From the NCBI RefSeq assembly GCF_009914755.1, contig NC_060925.1: a stretch of 64,000 nucleotides of DNA. One strand, given 5' to 3'. This document shows, one piece after another, positions 41,572 to 55,821 of the stretch. The translations under genes and the position numbers were made by a program. The notes below the pieces were generated by a model that saw nothing but the letters and a program-made list of their open reading frames with translations, made no database searches and was not told the origin of the DNA. The stretch is from the human T2T-CHM13v2.0 reference genome, Homo sapiens. Position 1 is the first letter of the stretch, and every line of letters begins with the position of its first letter.

Positions 41572-42369
41572 TAAAAACCATTATGGCTCACTCATTACTT
41601 AAAATTGCCAATTTAGAAAAAAACACCAGATACAGCCAGGGACTAAAAATAATTTCTTGGTATTGTCCACATTAGGATATGATTCATACTGGCCTAAAAC
41701 TTCAAACACTTTTCTCAAGAGGAAAATTAAAGAGAAAACTGAGCAGGAGAAAAATGAAAGTCTGGTTTAAAACTTAATCTCCTCTTCCCGTCTCTATCAA
41801 GGCTATCCCAAGGACCCTCTCAGGGAAATTCTCAGGAGGGACACGCTGGTTGGTGATGGACTCAGCTTGAACCTCACAGCATGGCCCCATTCACTGATAG
41901 TTTAGAGGGTGTTACAGCAAACTTATTAGGATGATGGATGGGATCTGTAAATGCATAAATGATAAAGATGATTTAGTGATGAACAAAAAATAGGAACTGT
42001 GGCTGTTTACCCCAGGGATTCCAGGATTAGGTGCACAATGTTAGCAACACTCATGTCCCTAGTTTGAAAGATGACATAATTGTGTGCAGTGAAGAGGAAC
42101 TATTTGCCCCCTTTCTCCCCTTCCCAACCCATGCCCCCCAAGACCAACACCATGTATGTGCCAGAGGGGATCTAGTGACTGATGACATGTGAGACTGGGA
42201 ATGGAGAAAAGCTACCTGAAAACCTTGGGGCTTATGCTCAGCACTGAGTCCTGGAGCTGTGCCCGACCAGCTACATCACGGTGGATCTACAGGGCCCGGC
42301 TGCAAAGATGCCACCTCTTGGCCTAGACAATGCATGAGCCCCAAAAACTGGAGCCATGTGGCTACTCAC

Positions 42370-43768
42370 TGACTACAGTCACTGAAGGATGCACTTCCTC
42401 CTTGTCAAGCTGTGGAGACGTGCTGCTCAGGGAGTGATGTGGGCTAGACCGGGTGTGGTTGCTGCACCAGATCTGGGGCTGAGTCTGGGACCGGGCATCC
42501 CACTTGGTCTCTAGGACTTCTGTCACTTTACTCATATTATGCATCTTCCTCAAGATACTAGTGGGGTAAGAAAGAAGAAAAAATAAAGGTCACCTAATGC
42601 CACAGCTGTACTAATCTGGAGGCTCACAGGAGATGTAAAGGGGAGGTCAAGAGGATCATTCCTTCAGAGGAGAAGCCAAACAAATCATTTCTGTTTCAGG
42701 ATAGAGTATGGAGGGAAGGCGGGGACAGAGAGAGCAACAGTTGTCTGGTGCATTGGCTACAAACATCCTGAGGAAAAACGAAGCCATAATGGGCCCCTTA
42801 AATAACACTCATGATTCCTTCACAAAACAGCCAGAGACCCATAAGAGTTCAACTCCAGGTATGGGCATGGCGGTACATGCCTGTAATCCCAGCAATTTGG
42901 GAGGCCAAGGCAGGAGAATTGCTTGAGTCCAGGAATTCAAGACCAAACTGAGAAACATAGTGAGACCCTCTGTCTACAAAAAATAAAAATAAAAAATGAG
43001 CTGGGTGTGGTGGTGTGCACCTGTAGTCCCAACTATTTAGGAGGCTGAGGAGGATCACTTGAGCCCAGGAGGTCAAGGATGCAGTGAGCAGTGATCGTGC
43101 CACTGCATTCCAGCCTGGGCAACAGAGCAAGACCTCATCTCAAAAATAAAATTTTAAAAATGTTAAAAAAAAAAGAATTCAACTCATTCTGTGAACATAA
43201 TTTTTAAAATAGTATTTGCTATAGGCCATTTAAAACAGATTCCCCAGGCAATGTAGCCTCACTGGTGTCTTGCAGTTTCTAGATCTCCTTCCCTAAGTAT
43301 AGAGACACAGTATAAACTTTTGTTTGCAAGGAAAATTTGTAGCTGTTTTACATCTTCCAGCACTCCTTGGGTCACCCTTGAAGAAATCAGATATAATCTT
43401 ACTCTGGTCTTTAAATAAGGGAAACCAGAGGTGATCCCTGGAGGTTCAGAAGACTCCTAAGACCCAGATAGGTTAGAGCAGCTCTATGTTACTAAATTGG
43501 TGAATTAATTGGTGAAAATAAAAGAATAATATATTTTTTAAAAAATTTTAAAAATGAGACTGCCTTATCCCTAAGGATACATAATGGTTTAATGGATAAA
43601 TAAGCTATTTGTTTTTTACTGGCCATGTATGCTCCTGTTTCTTTGAGCTTCTGGCTCTTGCTTCTGGATCCTTCACCAGATTACATCTTCGACAGCCCCT
43701 GAAAATTTGGAGTTACCTGAGAGTCGAAGACACCTGTCCTACTTGATTCTTCTTACTTGTACAGTCAT
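42370..43768 (-). pseudogene. Olduvai/DUF1220-type exon doublet (52 nt + 188 nt)
   Basis: DDCTSKKNQVGQVSSTLS then ILRKMHNMSKVTEVLETKWDARSQT...SLSSTSPQLDKEEVHPSVTVV, versus PDE4DIP LSRELQEKEKVIEVLQAKLDARSLT. Confidence 0.8.
42857..43150 (+). mobile_element. AluJ-like
   Basis: Diverged dimeric Alu in the Olduvai doublet intron. Confidence 0.9.
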
Positions 43769-44864
43769 CTGAGAACAAAATTCAAAAAGGCCAGTCATGC
43801 TTTAAGCAGGTCTCATTTCCCAGACTGCAAACAAACATGGAGGTCTATCTGGGAGCAGAGACTTGACTACCTGATGCTTGCCTTGATTCCAGGATACTCT
43901 GAATTTTCTCAGATCTTGGGTTGAGTCTTTAGAGAGCTTGCCTGGCAGGCTTTCCTGAGCCCACCATGAAGGTCATCATCTCCACTTGCTTTGCCCTGAG
44001 TCACAGCAAAAAGCTAAAAATGTCTTTATTCCCACATATCATGGAACACATATCCACTCCAGCCAAAGCCTCCAAGTCCTGGCACAAGGCCAGCACCCAA
44101 ACCCATGGCTGTGTGTTCCACCATAGCTTTCATGCAGAACTTCCTCCCTTCTCCAAGGAGATGATAGACATCCGTGTCCCACCTACCATCAGGAGACAGC
44201 ACAGTGAACTCAAGCCTTCTGCTACTATGGGCCCTTGGGTTCTCAAGGGGGAATTTCATGTAAAATGCTCCTGAAACAGCTAATTATCTCACCACCGTGT
44301 ACTAGTACACACAGTGCCTGAACCATGCCAAAGTCAGCATGATTCTTTATCATTTTTTTGAAGTGCGCCGATTAATGTTACTTATTTAATCCCTAGAACA
44401 ATCATGCAACATTCAAGGGCTGGAATTATTTGACTTAATTTTTTAGGTAGAGAAACAGAAATCAAAATAAATATTAACCTGTCCAGAGCTGGTAAGGAAC
44501 ACATATAAGCTAGAGGTAGGGTTTTTGGATTCCCAGTTCAGGGCCCTTCACAAAAACCAGCTGCCCCTGCTCCTTCTGTCTTTCTGCCAATTAGTTTCAG
44601 ATGAATACCATCATCCCTGGGGATGCCTCCTGCCCTAACAGTCATATTCCATGAGGGATGGAGGTGCTGGTGATCATCATGGCATCCTCAACCCTTCTTC
44701 TTGGAGCTCCTCTCCAGCCAGTCCTGACTCTGTCATGGTCATAAGGTGGTGATTACAAAGCAGGACACCAGGTTGAAAAGTGACATGTGAATGGGGGTGG
44801 GATCCTGTGAACTTAGGACCTTGGGAGAGACTGAAAATCTTCCTAAGCTCTGCGGCCAACTTAC

Positions 44865-45100
44865 CTGTGCTGAATTTTCTGGCAAGGCTCTCTGCCAGCT
44901 GGCTTCCTTTGGCCAGCTGCTTGCAGTAGTGCTGCTCCATATAGTGGTCAATGTTATTGCTCTGGAGTAGCTCCTCAAAGGTCTTTAGTGTGTTCTTGAC
45001 ATGCTGGATGAGAAGAACAGAGGCCACTCTCCCAAGCTTCATCTTCTGCCGTAGGTGGGTTAACTCTTGAGCCTGATCCTGAATCAAGGAATGATACTTC
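44865..45100 (-). pseudogene. PDE4DIP-like coiled-coil exon (236 nt, open)
   Basis: AG/GT bounded. KYHSLIQDQAQELTHLRQKMKLGR...QLAKGSQLAESLARKFST versus PDE4DIP KYDSLIQDQARELSYLRQK...QLAQGSQLTERLTSKLST. Confidence 0.92.
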
Positions 45101-45317
45101 CTAAAGTAGAAAAAAAGAAGTAAAGGTAGATAGGAATAACTGATAGGTTATAGCAATTTAGGAGAAGGAACTTGAGAGTATCACCAAAGGAGGCCACACA
45201 CTGAATTCTAGCATATGTTTAGTGTCCTGAATATGGTAAAAGGAATGAAGGAAATGAAAACAATCTTTATGTGAAAGATCCCTTCTAAGATTGTCATTTT
45301 CCCTGCCACTTGCTAAA

Positions 45318-48300
45318 GAAGAAAAATCACTTGATCATATTAATAGATGAAGAAAAAGCATTTGACAAAATTCAACACTCATTCATCATAAAAACTCTCA
45401 ACAAAGTGGGAATAGAGGAGACCTTCCTCAACTTGATAAAGAACATCTATAAAAACTCTACACTAATGTCATACTAGAAACTAGAAGCTTTCTCACTAAC
45501 ATCAACAATAAGGCAAGAATTTCCCCGCTTACCACTTCTTTTCACCATCATACTGGAAATCCTAGCTAATGCAGTAAGATAAGCAAAGGAAATAAACGGT
45601 ATACAGATTAGAAAAGATGAACTAAAACTGTCTTTGTTCACACATGATGCAGTTATTGTATTATAGAAAATCTCCAACATGGTGAAACCCTGTCTTTACA
45701 AAAAATACAAAAATTAGCCGGGCGTGGTGGCATGCGCTTGTAATCCAGCTACTTGGGAGGCTGAGGAAGGAGAATTGCTTGAATCCGGGAAGCAAAGGTT
45801 GCAGTGAGATGACATCGTGCCACTCTGCACTCCACCCTGAGTGACAAAGTGAGACACTGACTCAAAAAAAAAAAAAAAAAAAGGCCGGGTGCGGTGGCTC
45901 ATGCCCGTAACTCCAGCACTTAGGGAGGTCGAGGTGGGCGGATCATGAGGTCAGGAGATCGAGACCATCCTGGCTAACACAGCGAAACCCCGTCTCTACT
46001 AAAAAAACAAAATAGTAGCCAGGCTACTCAGGAGGCTGAGGCAGGAGAATGGCTTGAACCCAGGAGGCGGAGCTTGCAGTGAGCCGAGATTGAGCCACTA
46101 CACTCCAACCTGGGCGACACAGTGAGACTCCATCTCAAAAACAAAAAGAAAAGAAAAGAAAATCTGAAAGAATTGACAACAAAAATCTCCTGGAACTAGT
46201 AAGTGATTATGTCAAGGTAAAATCTAACAAAACATGTACAAGATCTGTATGAGGAAAACTGCAAAACTCTGTTGAGAGAGATCAAAGAAGCACTAAATAC
46301 ACAGAGAGATATTCTGTGTTCATGGACAGGAAGACTAAATATTGTCAAGATGTCAGTTCTTCCCAACTTGATCTAAAGATTCAATGCAATACCAATCAAA
46401 ATCTCAGCAAATAAATTTTGTGAATATCAACTAACAGATGCTAAGGTGTACATAGAGAGGCAAAAGACCCAGAATGGCCAACACAATATTGAAAAGGAAC
46501 AGAGGGCTGATATGACCTGACTTCAAGACTTACTGTAAAGCTACAGTAATCAGGACAGTATAAGATTTGTGAAAGAATAGACAAATAAGTCAGCGGAACA
46601 GAATAGAGATTCCAGAAGACTCCAAAATATAGCAGATTGATCTTTGACAAGGGGACAAGGGCAATACAATGGAGAAAAGATAGTATTTTCAAAAAATGGT
46701 GCTGGAACAGCGGGACATCCACATGCAAAAAAAGTGAATCTAGACACAGACTTCACATTCTTCATGAAAACTTACTCAAAATGGATCATAGGCCTAAATG
46801 TAAAACATAAAATGATAAAAAAAAAAAAACCCTAAAAGATAACAACAGCTGAAAATCTAGATGACCTTGGGTTTGGTGATGACTTTTTATTTATTTTATT
46901 TATTGATCTAAAGATTCAATGCAATACCAATTTTAATTTAGAGACAGAGTCTCTAAATAAATTAATTATTTTATTTATTTGTTGGAGGGCATGATCATGG
47001 CTCACTGAAGCATTCCTTGGGCGTGATCATGGTGTGATTATGGCTCACTGCAGCCAAACTCTTGGGCTCAAGTGATCCTCTTGCCTCAGCCTTCCAAAGT
47101 GCTGGGATTACAGGTGTGAGCCACCGAGCCCAGCTATATGATTACTTTTCAGATATAACACAAAAGGCATGATCCACAAAAGAAATAATTGATAATCTGG
47201 ACTTCATTAAAATTAAAAACTTCTGCTCTGCAAAAGGCACATCAAGAGAATGAGAAGACAACACACTGGGAGAAAATATTTGCAAAAGACATATCTGGTA
47301 AAGGACTATTAAGCCAAATACACAAAGAACTCTTAAACTCAACAATAAGAAAATGAACCACACAATAAAAAATGGGCAAAAAACCCTGAACAGACACCTC
47401 ACCAAAGATGATGGCAAATAAGAATATGAAAAGATGCTCAACATCATATGTCATTAGGGAATTGCAAATTAAAACAACAAGATACCACTCTACACCTATT
47501 AGAATGGCAAAATCCAGAACACTGATAACACCAAATGCTGCTAAGGATGTGGAACAACAGATATTCTCATTCCTTGCCGGTGGGAATGCAAAATAGTACA
47601 GCCACTTTGGAAGACAGTTTGGCATTTTCTTGTGAAACTAAACATACTCTTACCAAATGACCTAACCATCTGCTCCTCAGTATTTTCCCAAGCGAGCTGA
47701 AAACTTAAGTTCACACAAAAACCTGCACATGATGTTTATAGCAGCTCTATTCATAACTGCAAAAACTTGGAAGCAACCAAGATGTCCTTCAGTAGGTGAA
47801 TGGATAAATTTTGGTACATGCAGTCAATGGAATATTATTTGGTACTAAAAAGAAATGAGTTATGAAGCCATGAAAAGACATGAAAGAACCTTAAGTGTGT
47901 AAGTGAAAGAAGCCAACCTAAAAAAGCTACATACTGTATGACTCTGACTATATGACACTATGGAATAGGTAAAACAGTGGAGACAGTAAAAAGATCAGTG
48001 GTTGCCAGGTGTTAGGAGGGAAAGGAGAATGAATAGGCAGAGCACAGAGAATTTTTAGGGCAGGGAATAGTCATTCTTTATTACAATGGTGGATACATGC
48101 CATTATACATTTATACTTGTGTCAAAACCTATAGAATATACACCACCAAGAATGAACCCCACTGTAAACTGTGGACTTTGGGTGATGATGAGTCAATGTA
48201 GGTTCATCAGTTGTACCAAATGTTATCACTCGGGGGCAAGATGTTGATAGTGAGGGAGGCTGTGTCCGTGCAGGGGTAGGGGGCATATGGGAACTCTCTG

Positions 48301-48362
48301 TTACTTTCCACTCAATTTTGCTGTGAACTTAAAGCTGCTCTTAAAAAGTCCATTAAAAAAAA
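45318..48362 (+). mobile_element. L1M (L1MA/MB) 3' half with nested Alus (45675-46161, 46890-47133)
   Basis: Runs from atagatgaagaaaaagcatttgacaaaattcaacac through the L1M 3' UTR to an A-rich end. Confidence 0.9.
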
Positions 48363-48546
48363 GAATGATCACAGAAGTATAATTTTTAAAAATATATTTG
48401 ATGAAGTGGGTGTAGTGTAGCCTTTGTGAATCGAGAGCACAGGATTCCAATGTTATCTCTGCCAGAGGCTATTATGCAACTTTGATCAAATGACTATCTC
48501 TTAGGGCCTAAGTGTTCTCAGTTCTAAAATGAGGTAATGAGACTAA

Positions 48547-48942
<396 letters not shown>

Positions 48943-51900
48943 TAAGTGGAATATATTGGGCAGTGACCTAATGGAGCATGAAGCAGGATTTGAATCACTT
49001 CCAAAGCTGTGCACCAACCACTTAGGCAAATTAGTGATTTCAGTAACTTAGTATTTCAGTAACTGGCGCTCACAGGCAAATGCGTAATGGATTAACCCCA
49101 TATTATTTAAATGCTTCCAAAAAGCTATAGGAAAATGGCCATGAAAAACAAACTGACAAATTTAGCCAACAGGCCACTATTTGACAATTCTGCAAGCTTA
49201 TTTTTAAAATTCAGCTTATCAAAACTGCCATTCCAGAAGCCAGGGACCTGAGTTTCCATAGAGGATGGAGTAGAATGGAGGGGCCTCTGTATAAATCTAC
49301 CTCCTCGGGAACTGGGACAGTTCAGCATTCACCAGAGTAACATATGAAGAAACAGGAGATTCCTACATGCTCCTGGGGATCCAGAAGAGAGACCACTCAC
49401 ATGACTGGAAGATTTCCAGCTCAGGTAACCACAAAGGCCATATATTTGGTGAATACATGCAATGTTAGTTAGAATAAAACCAAATTTCTCTGAATAATAT
49501 AAAGTCATTACTAATAAAACTTTTATAGATTTTTCTCTGAAGAAATTTCCAGGAAGGTGTTAAGAGAAAGCCCTACAATTAAGGTATGGAGGCTGGCTGC
49601 AGGCCCTGAAAGCTACTCTGACGAGCAATGACTTAATGCTGATAGTGGGAAGTCTCTTGCCCACTGCAGGATACAGAGAATTCTTCCTCAACCCGAGGCT
49701 TCTGCTCATTCACTCCCTTCTCAGCAGGTCCCTTCTTCTCTGAGGGCTGATGCATCCCAGCCTTCTGCTGGGACATTTTCTCATGAAGAGCTCTCTTACA
49801 GCCGTCTTTGAAAGGAAGGACAGAGAAGAAAGATGTCTATGTCTTCACAATGGCCAGGCTTTTCTCCAAAACTACCTAAAGCAATTGAAACAAAATTATG
49901 GCTTACAGAGGTTAGATTATTAGTGGAGATCCTGTAGGACGATAGAATCTCAAGAGCAGAGCCTACCAGGAAGTAGAGTGAAGCCTACAACTTCCTCAGC
50001 CATGAGGACCCAACAATCCACTGGGTAAAAGAAAGATGCAGCAAGTGCTGGGGTGGGGTCGGGGTGGGTGCTGTTATGAGAAGGAAGGGGAGGTCCCACA
50101 GGTGTTTAGAAGAAAAAACAGGCAATAAATGAATGAAAACAAATGGGGTTTAAACTAAGCTAAGGGATGAGTATTTTTGTTTCTTATAGCTGAGATAAGG
50201 TTCTTATGAAGTTCCCAGGGAATGTCCCTTCAGAGGTCAGGAAGCATTTTGCTTCCACAAGTTTTGAGAGTCATGAAGGCAGGAACACATTTTCAGATGC
50301 CAGAGCTCAAATCCCATGTCACTGGGACATCAACAATAGTGCTATGGGGAAGACTCAGGGTGCCAGCTCTTGAGTCACAATCACAGAATTAGAATGTGGA
50401 AGTAGCTACAGAACCCAAGGAAGCCCTGCCTTCTGATAGCCACACTCAATGCAAGGCTGCGTATTTCACCCTGGAGGTCTCTATAACAGGGGAGGCCACC
50501 CCCTCAATAGCCAGCTTTTTTACCCTTTTGCTTATGTTGTCAACCAATTTCTAACCACAGCAAAATAACCTAAGTATACCTCTCCTTGAAAACATCAAAA
50601 TATTTTCTCAGCAGCTTTTACTTTCTTGAAGACAATTTCAGTAAAAACAATTCTTGTGGCTTTTCCTAAATGATTTTTTTTTTAACTTCTAGTGATTCTT
50701 ACTCTTCGTTTTTAGGAACTCTCCAGGTTTTCACTTCCTACATTCTTTCAAGAGTATAGTGACTAAAACTGGAGAATAATCATTTAAGTCTGACTAATAA
50801 ATTTAGCCTCATGTTGTATTACCTTTTAATACATAATAAATAATATATCCCAATGCGATACTTGCTTCCTTTCCCTTGCAGTAGCAACGTGTAGGGGTTT
50901 CATTTAATATGAGGTCGATTTTAACCTTCCAAACTCCCATTCCACCCACCTTTGCTTGCACTCATGGGAAGGCTCAGTCTATATCTGGTTTGCCCACATT
51001 CCTAGGCTATAGACCTCTAGGACTCCCAATTTGAGAGGCGCCATTTTTTTGGAGGGTAGTGAATTTTGATTTCTGTCTCCTTTGCATCCTTCCCAATGAA
51101 AACTGCTTTCAGCCACTCTCTGCTAGCCTCTCACCAGCACAGAGCTGAATTCACAAATGCCTTGAGGGGAAAACCTTTACCAAGTGTTCAGTTCACATCT
51201 CAATTCATTCTAGAATCTTGGCTTTTCAAGTCAAAATACCTGGACAGCTCCACATGTCTACCCACTCCCCACCCCCATGAGGTTACTTAAAGTGCTGCTG
51301 TTTTCTCTGGTTTTTAACCACTGCCCTCTCCCCAGCTTCTCAGCCTCTTGTCCCTTGCCAAGAACTAGCAAATACCCTGAGGGGGAAAAATTGTTTCATT
51401 CCAATGATCTTCTTTCTCTCTCTCTCTCTCCACCCGCTTTCTGTAGCTGGCCCTGTGGGTCCTAGCTTTTCAAAGACTTCAAACAGAATTCCTTTAAACC
51501 AGATTTTATCTACTTCTTTTCGAAGGGAGTGCTGGTTTGCCACAAAACTCCATCGTAACTGAAAGAGGAAATCTTCTACAAATTCCAGGTAAATCAAATT
51601 TTCCTACCTTGATTTCTGAAGAAAACAAAAAAAAAGAGAAGAGGCCATTGGTAGGTATATACTTGCATTTTTCTTGTAATACTTGCGTAAGTCTGAATGG
51701 GTATTAAATGCTCTTGCTAGAATCATGTGCCAAAGATTGTCTACCATGACCTAAACAATCAGGCCTGTCCAAGGTCCAAGAATTTGATCAGGTTGGATCC
51801 AGTCCTCTGGTGCACTAACAGAGATCCTGTTGGAGGATAGAATCCTGCTGTAGGATTCTACGTCTGTACTTTGAGTAGACACTTCAAGTAACCAGTTTTT

Positions 51901-52123
51901 CAGACACCTGGCCACTAATATGGGGAGAAGAGGTCAAAAAAACCATTGAATATTTCTAATTTATTTTAGGGAATGTTAAAATTTCTCACTGGTACAGTTA
52001 GAAATGAAAACAAAGACATAATAATAATAGTAATAATAATAATAACTGTTTCAAGAGCATTATTATGTGACTGGCATTGTTTCTAAGTGCTTTACTGTGT
52101 AGTAACCTATTTAGTCCACATAA

Positions 52124-52479
<356 letters not shown>

Positions 52480-52719
52480 GATAGTGTTGATTATTACAAC
52501 CCCTTGTTGCAGATGAGAACATTGCACTGAAAGGCTGAGCTTACCTTTCCAAGGTCCCATCATCTCTATGAGAGTGAGAGCCAGGACTCATCCAGACCCT
52601 TGCTCTGAGCCATTAGGCTTGGTGGTAACTAAGAAGATCTCACTAAGATGCGCATTCCCTCCTTCTTGCTCAATCTCCAAGATTTCGAGGACAAAATGGA
52701 AATTAAAAGTAAGGCCTAC

Positions 52720-53365
52720 AAGATGGCTATTATTTTAAAAAGAAGGAAAGAAAATTATCAGTGTTGGTGATGATGTGGAAAAATTGAAACCCCTGTGCAC
52801 TGTTGTTTGGAATGTATTAGGTTGGTGCAAAAGTAACTGCGGTTTTTGTCATTACTTTTAATGGCAAAAATCGCAATTACTTTTGCACCAACCTAATAAA
52901 ATGGTACAGCCACTGTGGAAACCCATATGGTGGTTCCTCAAAATATTAAAAATAATTATCACATGATCCAACAAATTTACTTCTGGCTATATACTCAAAA
53001 GAACTGAAAGCAAGGATTCAAAGAGATATTTGTGCACCTACATCAATAGCAGTATTACAATAGCTAAAGAAGGGAAACAACCCAAGTGTCCAACAACAGG
53101 TAAATGAATAAACAAAATGTGGCAAATACATGCAATGGAATATTATTCAGCCTTAAAAAAGAAAAGAAATTCTGACACATGCTACAACATAGATGAACAT
53201 GAGGATATTATGCAAAATGAAATAAACCAGTCACAAAAGGAAAAAATACTATATAATTCTGCTTATATGAAGTATCTAGAGTAGTCAAATTCATAGAGAC
53301 AGGAAATAATGGTGGTTGTGCCAGGGGCTAGGGAGGGAAGAATGGGAAATTAATGGGTATAGCGT
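52720..53365 (+). mobile_element. L1M 3' end fragment
   Basis: aaaattgaaacccctgtgcactgttg...gaatattattcagccttaaaaa...gtagtcaaattcatagagacag. Confidence 0.85.
52817..52896. mobile_element. MADE1 (Hsmar1 mariner-derived MITE)
   Basis: 80-bp palindrome ttaggttggtgcaaaagtaa...ttacttttgcaccaacctaa flanked by TA on both sides. Confidence 0.97.
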
Positions 53366-54083
53366 TTAGGAACTTTAGTCTAAGAAAGTAGAATATTGGA
53401 TGCCAGAAATTCAGTTTTCTTTCTGTTCCAAGATCCCTTTAGCTAGAGCGACATATTGAAGTCAGAGTTCCTAAGGGAAAATCATTGTGCATGGAGATCA
53501 TCCTTGTGGATCAAATGTGAATCAATAGTAGATCAAAAGATATTCCACTTTTGCAGATATTGACATTTGTTGGACCCGTAAGATTTTATCTAGTATTAGA
53601 TAGATAAGATGTGAACCACTTCTCAACACTGCAGACTCAAATACTAGGAAATACTAAGAACCTCAGGACAAACAAATAGCCAGTCCAAAAAGACTCACAG
53701 ACTAGATAAGCTGTCATCTACCACCTAACAGATAATGTATCCCTGTTAACCACTATCCCCAGATGTTCATTTCATAAAATCAAAAACAGAATTCCATGTG
53801 GATCATGGAAAAAAATGGTTGACAATGTACAAATGAGAGAGAGAAAAAATACTTGTCTAAGAATTACATTTAGTGTCTAAAAGCCAAATAGCTCAATTTC
53901 TGCTCATGAGATTCAACAGATGAACTGAGGGAACATATGCCAATAGCTCTGAGATTACAGGTCCGCATGGGATGCCCATAAGGTGCAGGATTCTATTAGC
54001 TAAGATTATATGTCTCAGGTGGGCAAATCTTTGTGGACATAGCAAGAAAAAAGAAAAACTGTCAAGGAATAATATAGAGACAG

Positions 54084-54473
54084 TGTGATGGTTAATTTTA
54101 TGTGTTAACTTGGCTAGACCACAGTGCCCAGGTATGTGGTCAAATATAATTCTGGAGGTTTCTGAGAAAGGGTATTTTGGATGAGAGTAACATTTGCATT
54201 AGTAGACTTTGAGTAGAGCAGGTTGCCCCATGTCATGTGGGTGGACCTCATCCAATCAGTTGAAGGCCTGAATGGAATGAGATTGACCTTCCTGGAAGAA
54301 GAGGAAATTCTACCAACAGAATATCTTAGGACTCAAATAACAACTCTTCCCTGGGTCTCCAGCCTGCCTGCCTTGAACTTTCACAATCATGTGAGCTAAT
54401 TCCTTAAAATAAATCAATAAAAATAGATGATAGATGGATGATTCTGTTTCTCTGGAGAACCTTGACTAATACA
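54084..54473 (+). mobile_element. MLT2 (ERVL) solo LTR
   Basis: tgtgatggttaattttatgtgttaacttggct...tctctggagaaccttgactaataca. Confidence 0.9.
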
Positions 54474-54690
54474 GATAGCATACTAATTCACCCTTGCCAT
54501 TTATAGAGGAAAGAGTGGAGTAATAAATATCAGAATATCTTCTCCAGACCTGGTCACCACAGAAACAAATTATAGCTATGCAAAATATCTTGGAAGTTTA
54601 GCTGAAGAGATGAGGAGATACTCTACTGCTCCATGTGCGCCATGTCATCTGTTGTACCTCCCCTTAGTTAAGTCAGGAGGGCAACACTCC

Positions 54691-55006
54691 CTTTATTTTT
54701 TATTTTATTTCGTATGTATGTGTGTGTGAGATGGAGTCTCGCTCTGTGGCCCAGGCTGGAGTACAGTGGCGTGATCTTGGCTCACTGCAACCCTGCTTCC
54801 CAGGTTCAAGTGATTCTTGTGCTTCAGCCTCCCGAGTAGCTAAGATTACAGGCACAGGCCACCACCTGTGGTAATTTTTGTGTTTTTAGTAGAGATGGGG
54901 CTTCGCTATTTTGGCCAGGCTGGTCTCGAACTCCTGACCTCAGGTGATCCGCCCACCTCGGCCTTCCAAAGTGCTGGGATTACAGGTGTGAGCCACAGCT
55001 CTCAGC
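54691..55006 (-). mobile_element. AluS
   Basis: Antisense dimeric Alu. Confidence 0.92.
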
Positions 55007-55747
55007 CCCTCTATTTATCAGACAGATGTATAGAAAGTTTATTGTGCTAGCAAGAGTATGAAGAAAAGGATTCTCTGAGTTGAAAAAACAAATTGGAATA
55101 TAAATTGGTACCACTTCTATGGAAGGCAAATTTACAGAGCTTATTAATTAAAATAAAAAATGTGTACTGTAACCACTATGATACAGCAGTTGCGCTTCCA
55201 GAACTCTACCCTATAGAAATCCGTGTACAAATAGCAAAAGATATTTGTACAAGAATGATGACTGCAGCATTATTTGTAATCGTAAAATCATGGAACAAAC
55301 TTAATTTAAAAAACAACATGTAAAGGGTTAGATGATGGAATAAACAAAAGAAGAAATGCCTTCATCAAAAATAATGCAGAGGATAATAATAATCTTGAGT
55401 CTACTGATAACATTATTGATTGAGCAATTATTAAATCTAGGCACATCCTGCAAATGCGGTATTATTACCATCCTCATATTACAGTTGAAAAAATATTGAG
55501 GTACAAATAGCTTGTCAATAGCCCAAAGGCACAAAGAGAAGCAAGATTTCACCCAGAACCCGTGAACAGATCACACAAAATTTCTCTTGTTCCCTGGTCC
55601 AAGGAACTTCTGTACCTTCCAACTGCATTTCTTTCCAACAGAGACCTTCTTGGAGGATGAGAAGCAGCCACTAGTTGACAGGAGGGGAAGTGAGGCATGT
55701 AGTCTTCAAGGGAGCAGACCACCGTGGGAGTTATAAAAGATCAGCGA

Positions 55748-55821
55748 CGCCTCTGGGTGTGTTCGAACCACCAACTTTTTAGTTAACAGCCAAACGCGCT
55801 AGCCGATTGCGCCACAGAGAC
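55748..55821 (-). tRNA. tRNA-Asn(GTT) isodecoder
   Basis: GTCTCTGTGGCGCAATCGGCTAGCGCGTTTGGCTGTTAACTAAAAAGTTGGTGGTTCGAACACACCCAGAGGCG, with TTTT 9 nt downstream. Confidence 0.95.
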
